DNA of 64,000 nucleotides from a virus (Duplodnaviria; Caudoviricetes): IMG/VR virus record IMGVR_UViG_3300024323_000001, positions 12 to 64,011 of that record; one strand, 5' to 3'. Shown piece by piece: positions 18,102 to 26,222 of this stretch (position 1 is its first letter; each line of letters starts with the position of its first letter). The notes under the pieces were generated by a model. It saw only the letters and a program-made list of their open reading frames with translations, ran no database searches and was not told where the DNA came from. The position numbers and the translations under genes were made by a program.

Positions 18102-19292
18102 CTACCGTATCGCTTCCAAATTTGGAGGGGTATATTTATGCAGGTTTGTGACCCCCAAAATCGACCTCAATACGGTGCTAAGTGTATATCCCGATTCGGC
18201 TTCGTTGTAGTGCTCGATGAGCCCTAAAGCGCTTAATTCGTCGCCAATCCAGCTCACGGTGCCAGAGGGGAGATTGGTCGCTTTTTGGAGGTCTCCCTTG
18301 TTGATATCACCATCGAACGGGATGGAGCGGATGAAGTCCCAGCGCGATGGGCGGACGGCGTCGATGGCGACACGCGATAGGATCGACATGTCGGCTTCGC
18401 CGACGCAGGTGGGGCAGCCGAACAGAGAGGCGTGAAAGCGTGCGATGGTTGAAAAGGTCTTGTGGAGGCGTGTGATGCCTTCAGGGGCGCCGACCTCGAT
18501 TATCTCTCGTTTGCCGCTACTGTCCCGAACAACGGCGGCGCGCATCCGAGCAACGAATAGCGCGAGGTCGATGATGTATTCCTGTTGGGCGTCGCTAAGC
18601 TCAGGAGGCATTATCTTGGGGCGGGAGTCAAAGAGGGCGCGAACGAGGCGCTTCGTTTCGTCGCGCACTTCACGTCCATTGGAGATCTGGCGGCAGGCGA
18701 AGCGGCCGGCGTCGCGATTGTAGACCGATAGCCAACGAATGTTCGTGAAGCGCTCGCCGAGGTCATGCTGGAAGCTCCAAGCGCGATCTACGGCGAGTGT
18801 TGCAGCGGCAATAACCGTGATCTTCCCGCTCCAAGGCTTAGTTTGGCCGTCTCCGCCCTGGCGCCCGAAGTCACCATCGTAGATTTCGCGTAGCTGAGAG
18901 AGAACTTCGTTTTTGTCGTTGTCGCGCTTTTGGAGGAATGTGCCGAAGTCCTTCATTATCATAAAGCCAGAGCCGATACGGTGGAGGAGGGAGGATTGGG
19001 TTCCTTTCTTGCCGCTGAGAAAGGTCTTGGGGGTGACATCACCGATCAGAAAGGCATTTTCGAGGGCTGATAAGGGGCCTACAGCGATGGAGGTCTTGCC
19101 AGAGGATGGCGGGGCGATTACGAGGGGCCAAACGGGCTCATTGTTCGTGAGCCAATGAGAAGCGACTGCTGAGTAGATAATGCGGAGTGCCTCGAAGTCG
19201 GGTTTATAGAACCACTGGTTGAGGTGAGAGGTGAGGTTTGACCATGCGACTGATTGCGTTGCCGTCTGGGGTACGGCTTCATCTTGGGGCAT
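18102..19292 (-). CDS. AAA+ ATPase, MCM-like replicative helicase/initiator with C-terminal winged helix
   Basis: APPSSGKT Walker A, MIMKDFGT Walker B variant, VIAAAT sensor 1, ERF arginine finger. Confidence 0.7.
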   Translation of the reverse strand: MPQDEAVPQTATQSVAWSNLTSHLNQWFYKPDFEALRIIYSAVASHWLTNNEPVWPLVIAPPSSGKTSIAVGPLSALENAFLIGDVTPKTFLSGKKGTQSSLLHRIGSGFMIMKDFGTFLQKRDNDKNEVLSQLREIYDGDFGRQGGDGQTKPWSGKITVIAAATLAVDRAWSFQHDLGERFTNIRWLSVYNRDAGRFACRQISNGREVRDETKRLVRALFDSRPKIMPPELSDAQQEYIIDLALFVARMRAAVVRDSSGKREIIEVGAPEGITRLHKTFSTIARFHASLFGCPTCVGEADMSILSRVAIDAVRPSRWDFIRSIPFDGDINKGDLQKATNLPSGTVSWIGDELSALGLIEHYNEAESGYTLSTVLRSILGVTNLHKYTPPNLEAIR

Positions 19293-19395
19293 TGAGATCC
19301 TCTAGGTGCGTGAGTCGGGGCGCCCTAGAGGAGACGCCCCGCCCCGCAATTCCGTTCCTCGCCGGTAACGGGTCCACTGGCCTGTGGACTCCAAG

Positions 19396-19454
19396 GTCAT
19401 AGCACGTCCGAGAACGAAATTCAACTTGATTTTACGATTCCGGTGTGATATTAT
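19396..19454. promoter_or_regulatory. Back-to-back divergent sigma70 promoters
   Basis: Plus strand TTGATT-17-TATTAT with extended TG; minus strand TTGAAT-17-TATGAC; the two -35 boxes form TCAACTTGA. Confidence 0.6.
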
Positions 19455-19480
19455 GATTATTCGAGCTGGAGGGCTCATTC

Positions 19481-20846
19481 ATGCCAGACAACCTACCTGT
19501 AATATTCTCAGATCGATCGAGGTTTCTTTGAATACCAACGTTGCCCCACCGCGCGCTACCTAGGCTACGCTTGGGGCGGCACAGGCCTGCGCCGAGTCAG
19601 GGCCACAATTCCGCTCGTCACAGGCTCCGCCGTTCACGCCGGCCTTGCCGAGATGCTCACTCAAATTCTCAATCAGGGCGACGTGCCAGGGGCGTGGGCT
19701 CACGTCGATGTCGAGCAATGCGTCATCGCGGCGCTCAGGGTCTACGCGGATGAGTTGATTGGGCGCGGCCTCGACGTCGAGCTGGGCGAAGACGCTCAAT
19801 GGGTCACCGACGAGCAGAGAGCGCTCATTGAAGGGCTCGTGCGCGCGTACGCCGTCGCCCCCACTGGCCTCCAAGCTCTTCTCGAACAGTACCGTGTGCT
19901 CGAAGTCGAGCGCGAGGACGTATGGGAGGGATTCACTCGCGCCGGCCTAAGTGAGGATGGCGCCCGAATCGATTTCCAGGCGCGCGCCGATGGGCTGCTA
20001 CAGGAGAGAGGCTCAAGTGACCTCTACGTCCTCTCGTTCAAGACCGCATCGAACTTTGACTATCGCCAAGAGGCGAGCAATCGACATGACGTGCAGGGGC
20101 TCAGCGAAGCCGCAGTCATAGAGCGTCGCCTTCGCGCTACGGATCCCGACGCGAGAATCATGGGCATCCAGATGGTCTATCTCATCAAGGGCCAACGGAC
20201 GCAAGGGGAAGAGGGAGGGCGGTATGTCACACAGTCGAGTCTCATCCACCCGTGGCGCAAAGAAGGCATCACGGAAGCGGAGTATGCGTGGCGCTATAAG
20301 TGGGCGGGACCAGATGTGTGGCCCGATTCTGGAAAACTGCGTGGTCATACTCTGGGAAAAGGGTGGACTCGAGTTGATATCTGGAACGATGTCGGTGTCA
20401 AAGCGTGGATTGATATGCTTAACAGCGGCACAGTCCAGAGCGACCTTGGAGACCCTTTCGACTCCATAGTGAACATGCCCCTTCCCTACTTCAGGCAGGA
20501 CAGGGATGTGCGGGACTGGATTGAGCAAGCTAAGAACCAAGAGGCGCGCGTCATCCAAGATCATCAAGCGCTAGAGGGCGTTCGAGCGGCTCAGCCCGAG
20601 CTGATGCGCTCCGTCGTCAATGCGCTGGCGCCGGGCTATCGCCGCTCATGTGATTGGCCCTCGAAGTGTCAGTTCCAAGAGGTGTGCTTCGGCGATTCGA
20701 GCATGCTGACCAGCCCATTGAGCACGGGGCTCTACGAGATTCGCCGGCCGCACCATCATGCTGAAGCAGCGGCGTTCCGGGCCAAGAGCGAAGTCACCGA
20801 GACGAATCACGATGAGGTGCAGGCTGCGGAAGCTGGCGAGAATTAA
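19481..20846 (+). CDS. PD-(D/E)XK / Cas4-like exonuclease, requires +1 frameshift at 19526-19531 (~454 aa)
   Basis: MPDNLPVIFSDRSRFL(+1)EYQRCPTARYLGY...GSAVHAGL; RADGLL, SFKT, C-terminal CDWPSKCQFQEVC. Confidence 0.8.
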
Positions 20847-20847
20847 C

Positions 20848-20876
20848 TTGACATTCCCAGTAAATATAATTATAAT
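20848..20876 (+). promoter_or_regulatory. Consensus sigma70 promoter
   Basis: TTGACA-17 nt-TATAAT. Confidence 0.9.
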
Positions 20877-20885
20877 AGGTGGAGA

Positions 20886-21059
20886 ATGAGCAACCGAGTC
20901 AAATGTCGATTCTGCAAGCACCGCTGGACGCCACGCGCTGACAAGCCGCTTGCGTGCCCGCGTTGCAAGAGATACGAATGGGATAAGTTACCAGAGAGTA
21001 AGCCTGAGGGGGCGAAGCAGGAACCCGAGGCTCCGGTCGAGGCAACAGAAGTAAAGTAA
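20886..21059 (+). CDS. Zinc-ribbon micro-protein A (57 aa)
   Basis: Manual translation MSNRVKCRFCKHRWTPRADKPLACPRCKRYEWDK. Confidence 0.8.
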   Translation: MSNRVKCRFCKHRWTPRADKPLACPRCKRYEWDKLPESKPEGAKQEPEAPVEATEVK

Positions 21060-21073
21060 GCGCTGGAGGGCGC

Positions 21074-21106
21074 TTGACAAAGTGAACACCTTAGTGCACA
21101 CTAAGA
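21074..21106 (+). promoter_or_regulatory. Promoter with palindromic operator over the -10
   Basis: TTGACA-17-CACACT; CTTAGTG-CA-CACTAAG inverted repeat. Confidence 0.65.
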
Positions 21107-21108
21107 CA

Positions 21109-21261
21109 GTGAAGCTACCAACATTTCATTGTCGGAGGTGTGGACACAAATGGCATCCGAGATCGAACGAGAAACCGCTGAGGTGCGCGGCGTGCAAGAG
21201 TCCGTATTGGGAGAGAAAGAGGAGTGGAGAAAAATCCCAGGATTTGACGAATACGAAGTGA
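21109..21261 (+). CDS. Zinc-ribbon micro-protein B (50 aa), probably leaderless
   Basis: Manual translation MKLPTFHCRRCGHKWHPRSNEKPLRCAACKSPYWERK. Confidence 0.75.
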   Translation: MKLPTFHCRRCGHKWHPRSNEKPLRCAACKSPYWERKRSGEKSQDLTNTK

Positions 21262-21776
21262 GTAATTTTGGTCGCGTCAGGAGGACGTGGATGATTGGTG
21301 TTGAAACGGGTGGAACGGTGAAAAATAAATATCCCATGGTCAGCCTTCCCTTTGGAGAAGGGTTTCCAAAAATAGGGTCGCGAGAGGGTATTCAGCGGTT
21401 CAAAAATACCCGTCAGAAAGTTGGCATTCACCGTTTGGTTGCTTTAGCGTTTATTGGTCCCTGTCCTGAAGGAAAACAAGTTCATCATCGAGACGGGAAC
21501 AAGAGGAATCCAATAGCACGAAATTTAGAGTACGTGAGCGCGAGCGAGAATATCAAACATGCGTGGGCTACTGGCCTACGAAAACGTCTGTATGGAGAAG
21601 AAGCTCCGCGCTCTGTTTTGACGAATAAAGAGCGCACGAAGATTGTAAAGTTACATCGAATGCGTAAAAAGCACGGAAGCACACGGTATCGTTATTCTAC
21701 GCGTGGACTTGCAGAGATGTTCCAATGCAGTCAAACAGCGATTCGCTATACGCTAAAGAACTGGAGGGTTCTGTAA
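21129..21776 (+). CDS. NUMOD4-HNH homing endonuclease (true start uncertain)
   Basis: EEWRKIPGFDEYEVSNFGRVR; IHRLVALAF...VHHRDGNKRNP...NLEYVSASENIKH. Confidence 0.9.
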   Translation: MSEVWTQMASEIERETAEVRGVQESVLGEKEEWRKIPGFDEYEVSNFGRVRRTWMIGVETGGTVKNKYPMVSLPFGEGFPKIGSREGIQRFKNTRQKVGIHRLVALAFIGPCPEGKQVHHRDGNKRNPIARNLEYVSASENIKHAWATGLRKRLYGEEAPRSVLTNKERTKIVKLHRMRKKHGSTRYRYSTRGLAEMFQCSQTAIRYTLKNWRVL

Positions 21777-21777
21777 T

Positions 21778-22893
21778 ATGGCGGAAATTATCATAGTTTA
21801 CGGAGGTTCAGGATCGTTTAAGACGGCGCAGTCCCACTTCCTCGCCAAATATATTTACAAGAAGTACGGCAAGATCACCCAGCTTGCCTCTTGTGATGGC
21901 GGAGGATGGAAGCCCTTAGAGCCTGATATTGAAGCAGGACTGATTGAGGCTTGGGGAATTAGCGCGATCGAGAATCCTCGGTCAGTGATGCGGAAACTTA
22001 GTCAAGGGTTCTGGCCCAAGATTGTCGAATCGAACGGAACGCGCAAGCTCGTGCTCACTCCGCCGGATGCCTCGACATGGAAGCGTGTCGGCTGCCGGGT
22101 GCATGAAGGCTTGACGAGCACCGCGAACATCATCATGCGTGACGCCTTGAACAAGCAGATGGTCGTCGCGGGTGACCAGAAAGGAGAGCGCGGTGCAATC
22201 TCGTTCCAAGAAGAGGTCACTATCACAGATGCGAAAGGTCTTGAGTCCAAAGGAGTCGAGAAGTACAGCTTTGCGACTCCGGGAAATTATAACGATGCTC
22301 AACGAGCCGTCTACGATTTCGCGTGTAACTACCGCTCGCTTCCATGTCCTTATGTCTACATTACGGCGCTTGAAGCGCGAGGTGAAGAAGAGGACACCAA
22401 GAAAACCATCATTGGTCCAGCAGTGGTTGGCAAAGCGATGACAGCGCAGGTCGGGGCGTGGTGCGGAGATTTGATTCATGCGGAGGATTTTTTCGTCGAT
22501 GTCCCTGATCCAACGCATAAATTGACGGAGGAACAGCGGAAGGCTGGAGCGAAGCAACGCACCATGCAGCAGTCGAAAGCTCGCTACTGGTTTATCAGAC
22601 ATCCAGACCCAGTTACGGGAATGTTGTTCCCTGCAAAGCCTCGTGTAGCACCAGAACAGATTCCCGAGCTGCTCAAGGTCTTCCCTGGCGGCTATTTTGA
22701 GCCTACGACTGAGAGTGGATTGGACGCTTATCTTGAGGTTGTAGAGAAGATTCAAGCGGCAGCAGCGGGTGACGTTCGCGAGTGGATGAAGCAGCAAGAC
22801 TTGGCGCGCGAGGCCGCGAGCAAGGTCGGTGGCACAGAAGCGCCGAAGGCGGACCCCGCCTTAGTGAAGGCGACGATAAGCGGAACGAAGTAA
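21778..22893 (+). CDS. Sak4/AAA_24-like P-loop recombination ATPase
   Basis: IIVYGGSGSFKT; lies between exonuclease and SSB. Confidence 0.7.
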   Translation: MAEIIIVYGGSGSFKTAQSHFLAKYIYKKYGKITQLASCDGGGWKPLEPDIEAGLIEAWGISAIENPRSVMRKLSQGFWPKIVESNGTRKLVLTPPDASTWKRVGCRVHEGLTSTANIIMRDALNKQMVVAGDQKGERGAISFQEEVTITDAKGLESKGVEKYSFATPGNYNDAQRAVYDFACNYRSLPCPYVYITALEARGEEEDTKKTIIGPAVVGKAMTAQVGAWCGDLIHAEDFFVDVPDPTHKLTEEQRKAGAKQRTMQQSKARYWFIRHPDPVTGMLFPAKPRVAPEQIPELLKVFPGGYFEPTTESGLDAYLEVVEKIQAAAAGDVREWMKQQDLAREAASKVGGTEAPKADPALVKATISGTK

Positions 22894-22913
22894 AGAGAAC
22901 TGGAGGGTGCCCA

Positions 22914-23177
22914 ATGGAATTCAACTCAATCGAAGCTCTGGAAGTCGAAGAGAAGCGCCTCTGGGCCATCGTTCAAGAGCGCGCGAAGGCGAAGGAAGCC
23001 GCGCAGCTTGAATGGTTCAATGTTCGCAAGCAGGTTACCGAGCTTCGCGAACGAGAGCGCATTGACGGTCTTGTGGAATCACGCCTCAAGGAAAAGGAGA
23101 ATCAGAATGGGAAGCAAAAGAAGTCCGATAGACCGCGTTCTGGCGTTCTATCGCGAGTCTTCACCGGACGTCGTTAG
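22914..23177 (+). CDS. Coiled-coil hypothetical protein
   Basis: GGAGGG RBS, MEFNSIEAL. Confidence 0.55.
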   Translation: MEFNSIEALEVEEKRLWAIVQERAKAKEAAQLEWFNVRKQVTELRERERIDGLVESRLKEKENQNGKQKKSDRPRSGVLSRVFTGRR

Positions 23178-23334
23178 GGTCACGCACGCTCTCGCTTCGG
23201 AAATAGTAACCGAACGAGGAATCGGCGCGAAGGCTAAGTCCAACGGCGCGGGGAAGCGGGTCTATACGAAGAAATCCAAGCTCACCAATGGAGCATCGGC
23301 GAGCGGGACAGATGCAAGTGGAGGACAGCAATGA
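23107..23334 (+). CDS. Small basic hypothetical protein
   Basis: AAGGAG RBS, MGSKRSPID. Confidence 0.55.
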   Translation: MGSKRSPIDRVLAFYRESSPDVVRVTHALASEIVTERGIGAKAKSNGAGKRVYTKKSKLTNGASASGTDASGGQQ

Positions 23335-23966
23335 GTGATATCGATCTGAAGGAGAAGGCAAAGCAGGTGGACTTAAATGACCTCCAGCTTGCCGATGAAT
23401 TGGTTGACGTGCAGGGTGATGCGGATGCGTTTGCAGGCCCACCGCCCCCAACGGACGGTGACTATCGGGTGAAGCTCTCCCTCGGGAAGCGCGGCGTCAG
23501 CCAGGGGAAGGCGAAGGACGGCAAACTCTTCTACATGGCTGATGTCAACGCGAAGGTGACGACGGGAGAGTTCGAGAACCGCATTCTGTTCGACAACGTC
23601 TCCACCATGGTGATGCAGAACACGGGGACGTCGAGGATGGCCGGGGTACTCAAGGCTCTTGGGGATCCCGTGGGCGGCCGAGTTTCCATCCTCGAGACGA
23701 CGCGCAAGTTCGCCGACAAGCTCGCCGGCGAGCCCGAAGTCACGGTCCAGACCCAATGGACCGCCTACTGCCAGGACTGTAAGGCCGAGAACGACGCGAA
23801 CAAGTCGCGCGGGAAGAAGGGCGGAATCGTGCTCCGCGGCGAGAAGCGATTCCCGCAGAACGGCGGAGGGCATCACCGAGCGCAGGTGGAGTGTCCGAAC
23901 TGCGGCTCTCTGCTCAATGCGCGTGCGGAGATCGTGGCCTATAAGCCTCTGCCGCCGGAGGCCTGA
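23331..23966 (+). CDS. Putative ssDNA-binding protein (DUF669-like) with zinc finger
   Basis: PPTDGDYRVKL...GEFENRILFDNV; CQDC/CPNC; Exo-Sak4-SSB gene order. Confidence 0.6.
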   Translation: MSDIDLKEKAKQVDLNDLQLADELVDVQGDADAFAGPPPPTDGDYRVKLSLGKRGVSQGKAKDGKLFYMADVNAKVTTGEFENRILFDNVSTMVMQNTGTSRMAGVLKALGDPVGGRVSILETTRKFADKLAGEPEVTVQTQWTAYCQDCKAENDANKSRGKKGGIVLRGEKRFPQNGGGHHRAQVECPNCGSLLNARAEIVAYKPLPPEA

Positions 23967-23978
23967 ACCACAACAAGT

Positions 23979-24101
23979 TTCCGGTCTAGTCGAAAGGCGC
24001 AGCAAGACTAAGGCAGCGGTAGTCCATCTGGATGCTCACCGTAAGTTGGCCATAATCGGTGGTAGCAGGTGGCGCGACGAGGCAACCTTGCGTGACCGGA
24101 A
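23979..24101 (+). ncRNA. Candidate structured RNA (multi-stem junction)
   Basis: TTCCGGTC/GACCGGAA closing stem enclosing three hairpins in a 155-nt intergenic gap. Confidence 0.5.
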
Positions 24102-24121
24102 TTAAAACGAGGTAATACGAG

Positions 24122-24478
24122 ATGGGACGCCCACGAAGGCCCAAGCGCAGCTCCAAAAGAGCCAAGTTCTCAGAGAGCGGGAATGCGCGTAAGCCACGGG
24201 GGCGTCCCAGCAAGTCCAGTCCCTTACCCAAGAAGGCTCCGACCCCTACGGATTCCCCTCCGTTGGAGCCTTCGGGGGCTGGCTTCGCAACGGAGACAGT
24301 CATGCGAATTCTGCCGCTACGAACGTGTCTTGTGAGCGAAGGGCGCAGTGAGATGAATGGGGACAGATTCTGGACGAGGACCTACGTTCTGCCGAGTGGG
24401 CGCGAGATTCAGGTCAAGACGGTGATGGAGATGGAGCGAGCCGATGGCGATGGAGCGCGTGGATCTAAACTCAAGTGA
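24122..24478 (+). CDS. Basic protein with AT-hook-like motifs
   Basis: MGRPRRP, KPRGRPSK; GAGGT RBS. Confidence 0.6.
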   Translation: MGRPRRPKRSSKRAKFSESGNARKPRGRPSKSSPLPKKAPTPTDSPPLEPSGAGFATETVMRILPLRTCLVSEGRSEMNGDRFWTRTYVLPSGREIQVKTVMEMERADGDGARGSKLK

Positions 24479-25811
24479 GCTGGCGGACGCTGAGGTCGAA
24501 ATTGTCGATAAGCCCGACTCCGAAACGGAGCCGCCGGTAGAGTTCATCACGGGCGTTGCGGGCACAGGGAAGACGTTCGGCGTCAAGCAAGCTATCGAAG
24601 CGGACCCTACATATGGGCTCCTTACGGCGACGACTGGCATAGCGGCGGTGAATCTCGGCGCCGTCACGCTACACTCCGCGCTTGGGCTCCAACCGGAGTC
24701 AATCGAAGACGACTATGCGAGCGGGAAGCTCCAACGGATATTGCACCGGGTTGCGCTCCGTACTCACCGCCTTGTGATTGACGAGATGTCGATGCTCGGC
24801 GGCCGCGAGATGCTCGACTTCATCTATCTGGCGGCGAAGGAAGCGAATGGCTACGCCGACGTCAAGGAGCCTCTAGGCATCACACTGGTGGGCGACCTTT
24901 GCCAGCTCCCGCCAATCAATCAGTCCTGGTGCTTCGAAGCTGAGTGCTGGCCTAAGTTCGACGCCGCTACGACCAAGCTCACGAAGATTTGGAGGCAATC
25001 GGATGCCACTTTCATCGATGCTATTAATCGCATTCGCTGCGGGGATGGGCGCGGGGGTGGGCCACTCCTTGGCGAAGCTGGCGTGCAGTTCGATCGAGCA
25101 GCGAATCCGGCGTTCGATGGAACGACAATCGTGGGAACGAACGATGAAGTTGCTCGGTACAACAACATCCACTTCATCAAGCTCAAGTCTGCGGCGATGC
25201 GCTACCGAACGGAGCGGTGGGGCAAGCAGCGCTCCGAGTGGGTCAAGAATATCCCCGATACGCTGGAGATGAAAGAGGGCGCCTACATCATGGTACTGGC
25301 AAATGACACCGCGCGCGACCCAATCACCAAGGAGCCGATGCTGCGTTGGGTCAACGGAGATTGTGGACACGTCGAGGCGATGGGACCGCTCAGTGTCACC
25401 GTGAAGCTCGTCCGCACCGGAGCCGTCGAGACCATCCGTGCCATAGAGCGCGAGAACGGCCAGAAGCACTCACCTGAGGAGTTTAGCGACGATGATTGTC
25501 AGGAGGCGAAGAAGAATCACTCACGCCTTCCCGATGGCTCCTACTGGGACGCCGAGAAGCGGATTTGGGTCAGGGGAACCGTGCGCTACCTGCCCGTTCG
25601 ATTGGCCTATGCCACGACCGTTCACAAGTCGCAGGGATTGAGCCTCGATAACATCCAGGTGGACCTACGCCACGCGTTCGTGGGGAAGCCCTCCATGGTC
25701 TACGTTGCCATCTCGAGAGCGCGGACGGCGGCAGGATTGAGGCTCATCGGGAACGCCGAGTTGCTCGCGCGGCGGTGTAATGTGGATGAGAAAGTCAGGC
25801 GCTGGCTATGA
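24444..25811 (+). CDS. PIF1/RecD-like SF1B helicase
   Basis: GVAGTGKT, VIDEMSM, GDLCQLPPI, LAYATTVHKSQG, YVAISRAR. Confidence 0.92.
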   Translation: MAMERVDLNSSELADAEVEIVDKPDSETEPPVEFITGVAGTGKTFGVKQAIEADPTYGLLTATTGIAAVNLGAVTLHSALGLQPESIEDDYASGKLQRILHRVALRTHRLVIDEMSMLGGREMLDFIYLAAKEANGYADVKEPLGITLVGDLCQLPPINQSWCFEAECWPKFDAATTKLTKIWRQSDATFIDAINRIRCGDGRGGGPLLGEAGVQFDRAANPAFDGTTIVGTNDEVARYNNIHFIKLKSAAMRYRTERWGKQRSEWVKNIPDTLEMKEGAYIMVLANDTARDPITKEPMLRWVNGDCGHVEAMGPLSVTVKLVRTGAVETIRAIERENGQKHSPEEFSDDDCQEAKKNHSRLPDGSYWDAEKRIWVRGTVRYLPVRLAYATTVHKSQGLSLDNIQVDLRHAFVGKPSMVYVAISRARTAAGLRLIGNAELLARRCNVDEKVRRWL

Positions 25812-26020
25812 CACTCTGGAATCAGACTGGGCATTCAAGCCGCGAGGAACTCCGCGCCGAAGCTCAGAAGCTCATCGACTACTTGAGCGGTCACTTGGAC
25901 GAGATGGACTCCAAAGAGGCGACGTTCATGACCAATATGATTGACTCGATTGAAGGTGAGGAGTGGGTGCCGTCGCCGAGGCAATTGTTCTGGATGAGAG
26001 ATTTGAACGTCAAGTATTAG
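25808..26020 (+). CDS. Hypothetical protein
   Basis: ATGA-coupled 70-aa ORF. Confidence 0.6.
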   Translation: MTLWNQTGHSSREELRAEAQKLIDYLSGHLDEMDSKEATFMTNMIDSIEGEEWVPSPRQLFWMRDLNVKY

Positions 26021-26032
26021 TGGAGGAATACG

Positions 26033-26221
26033 ATGAAGAAAACCAAGCTGACGAAAGCGCAAGTGAAAGTTAAGCATCTGGAGAAATTACTGGAACGGCG
26101 CAAACGTGAGATTGAGGGAGTTCGTCGTCGCTGTGATGAACAAGTGGCTCAGATTGAGCGCAAGAACGCATTCACGAAATTTCAGCTTGAATCGATTCTA
26201 AAGGGTGAATGGCCGCTCTAA
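26033..26221 (+). CDS. Basic coiled-coil hypothetical protein
   Basis: GGAGG RBS. Confidence 0.6.
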   Translation: MKKTKLTKAQVKVKHLEKLLERRKREIEGVRRRCDEQVAQIERKNAFTKFQLESILKGEWPL

Positions 26222-26222
26222 A

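Noticed and set aside
19653-20846. Cas4 as part of a CRISPR-Cas system
   Set aside because: Sits in an Exo-Sak4-SSB recombination module with no other cas genes or array
23979-24101. tRNA, SAM riboswitch or hammerhead ribozyme
   Set aside because: No T-loop or CCA, no SAM-I core beyond GGCAACC, no CUGANGA core
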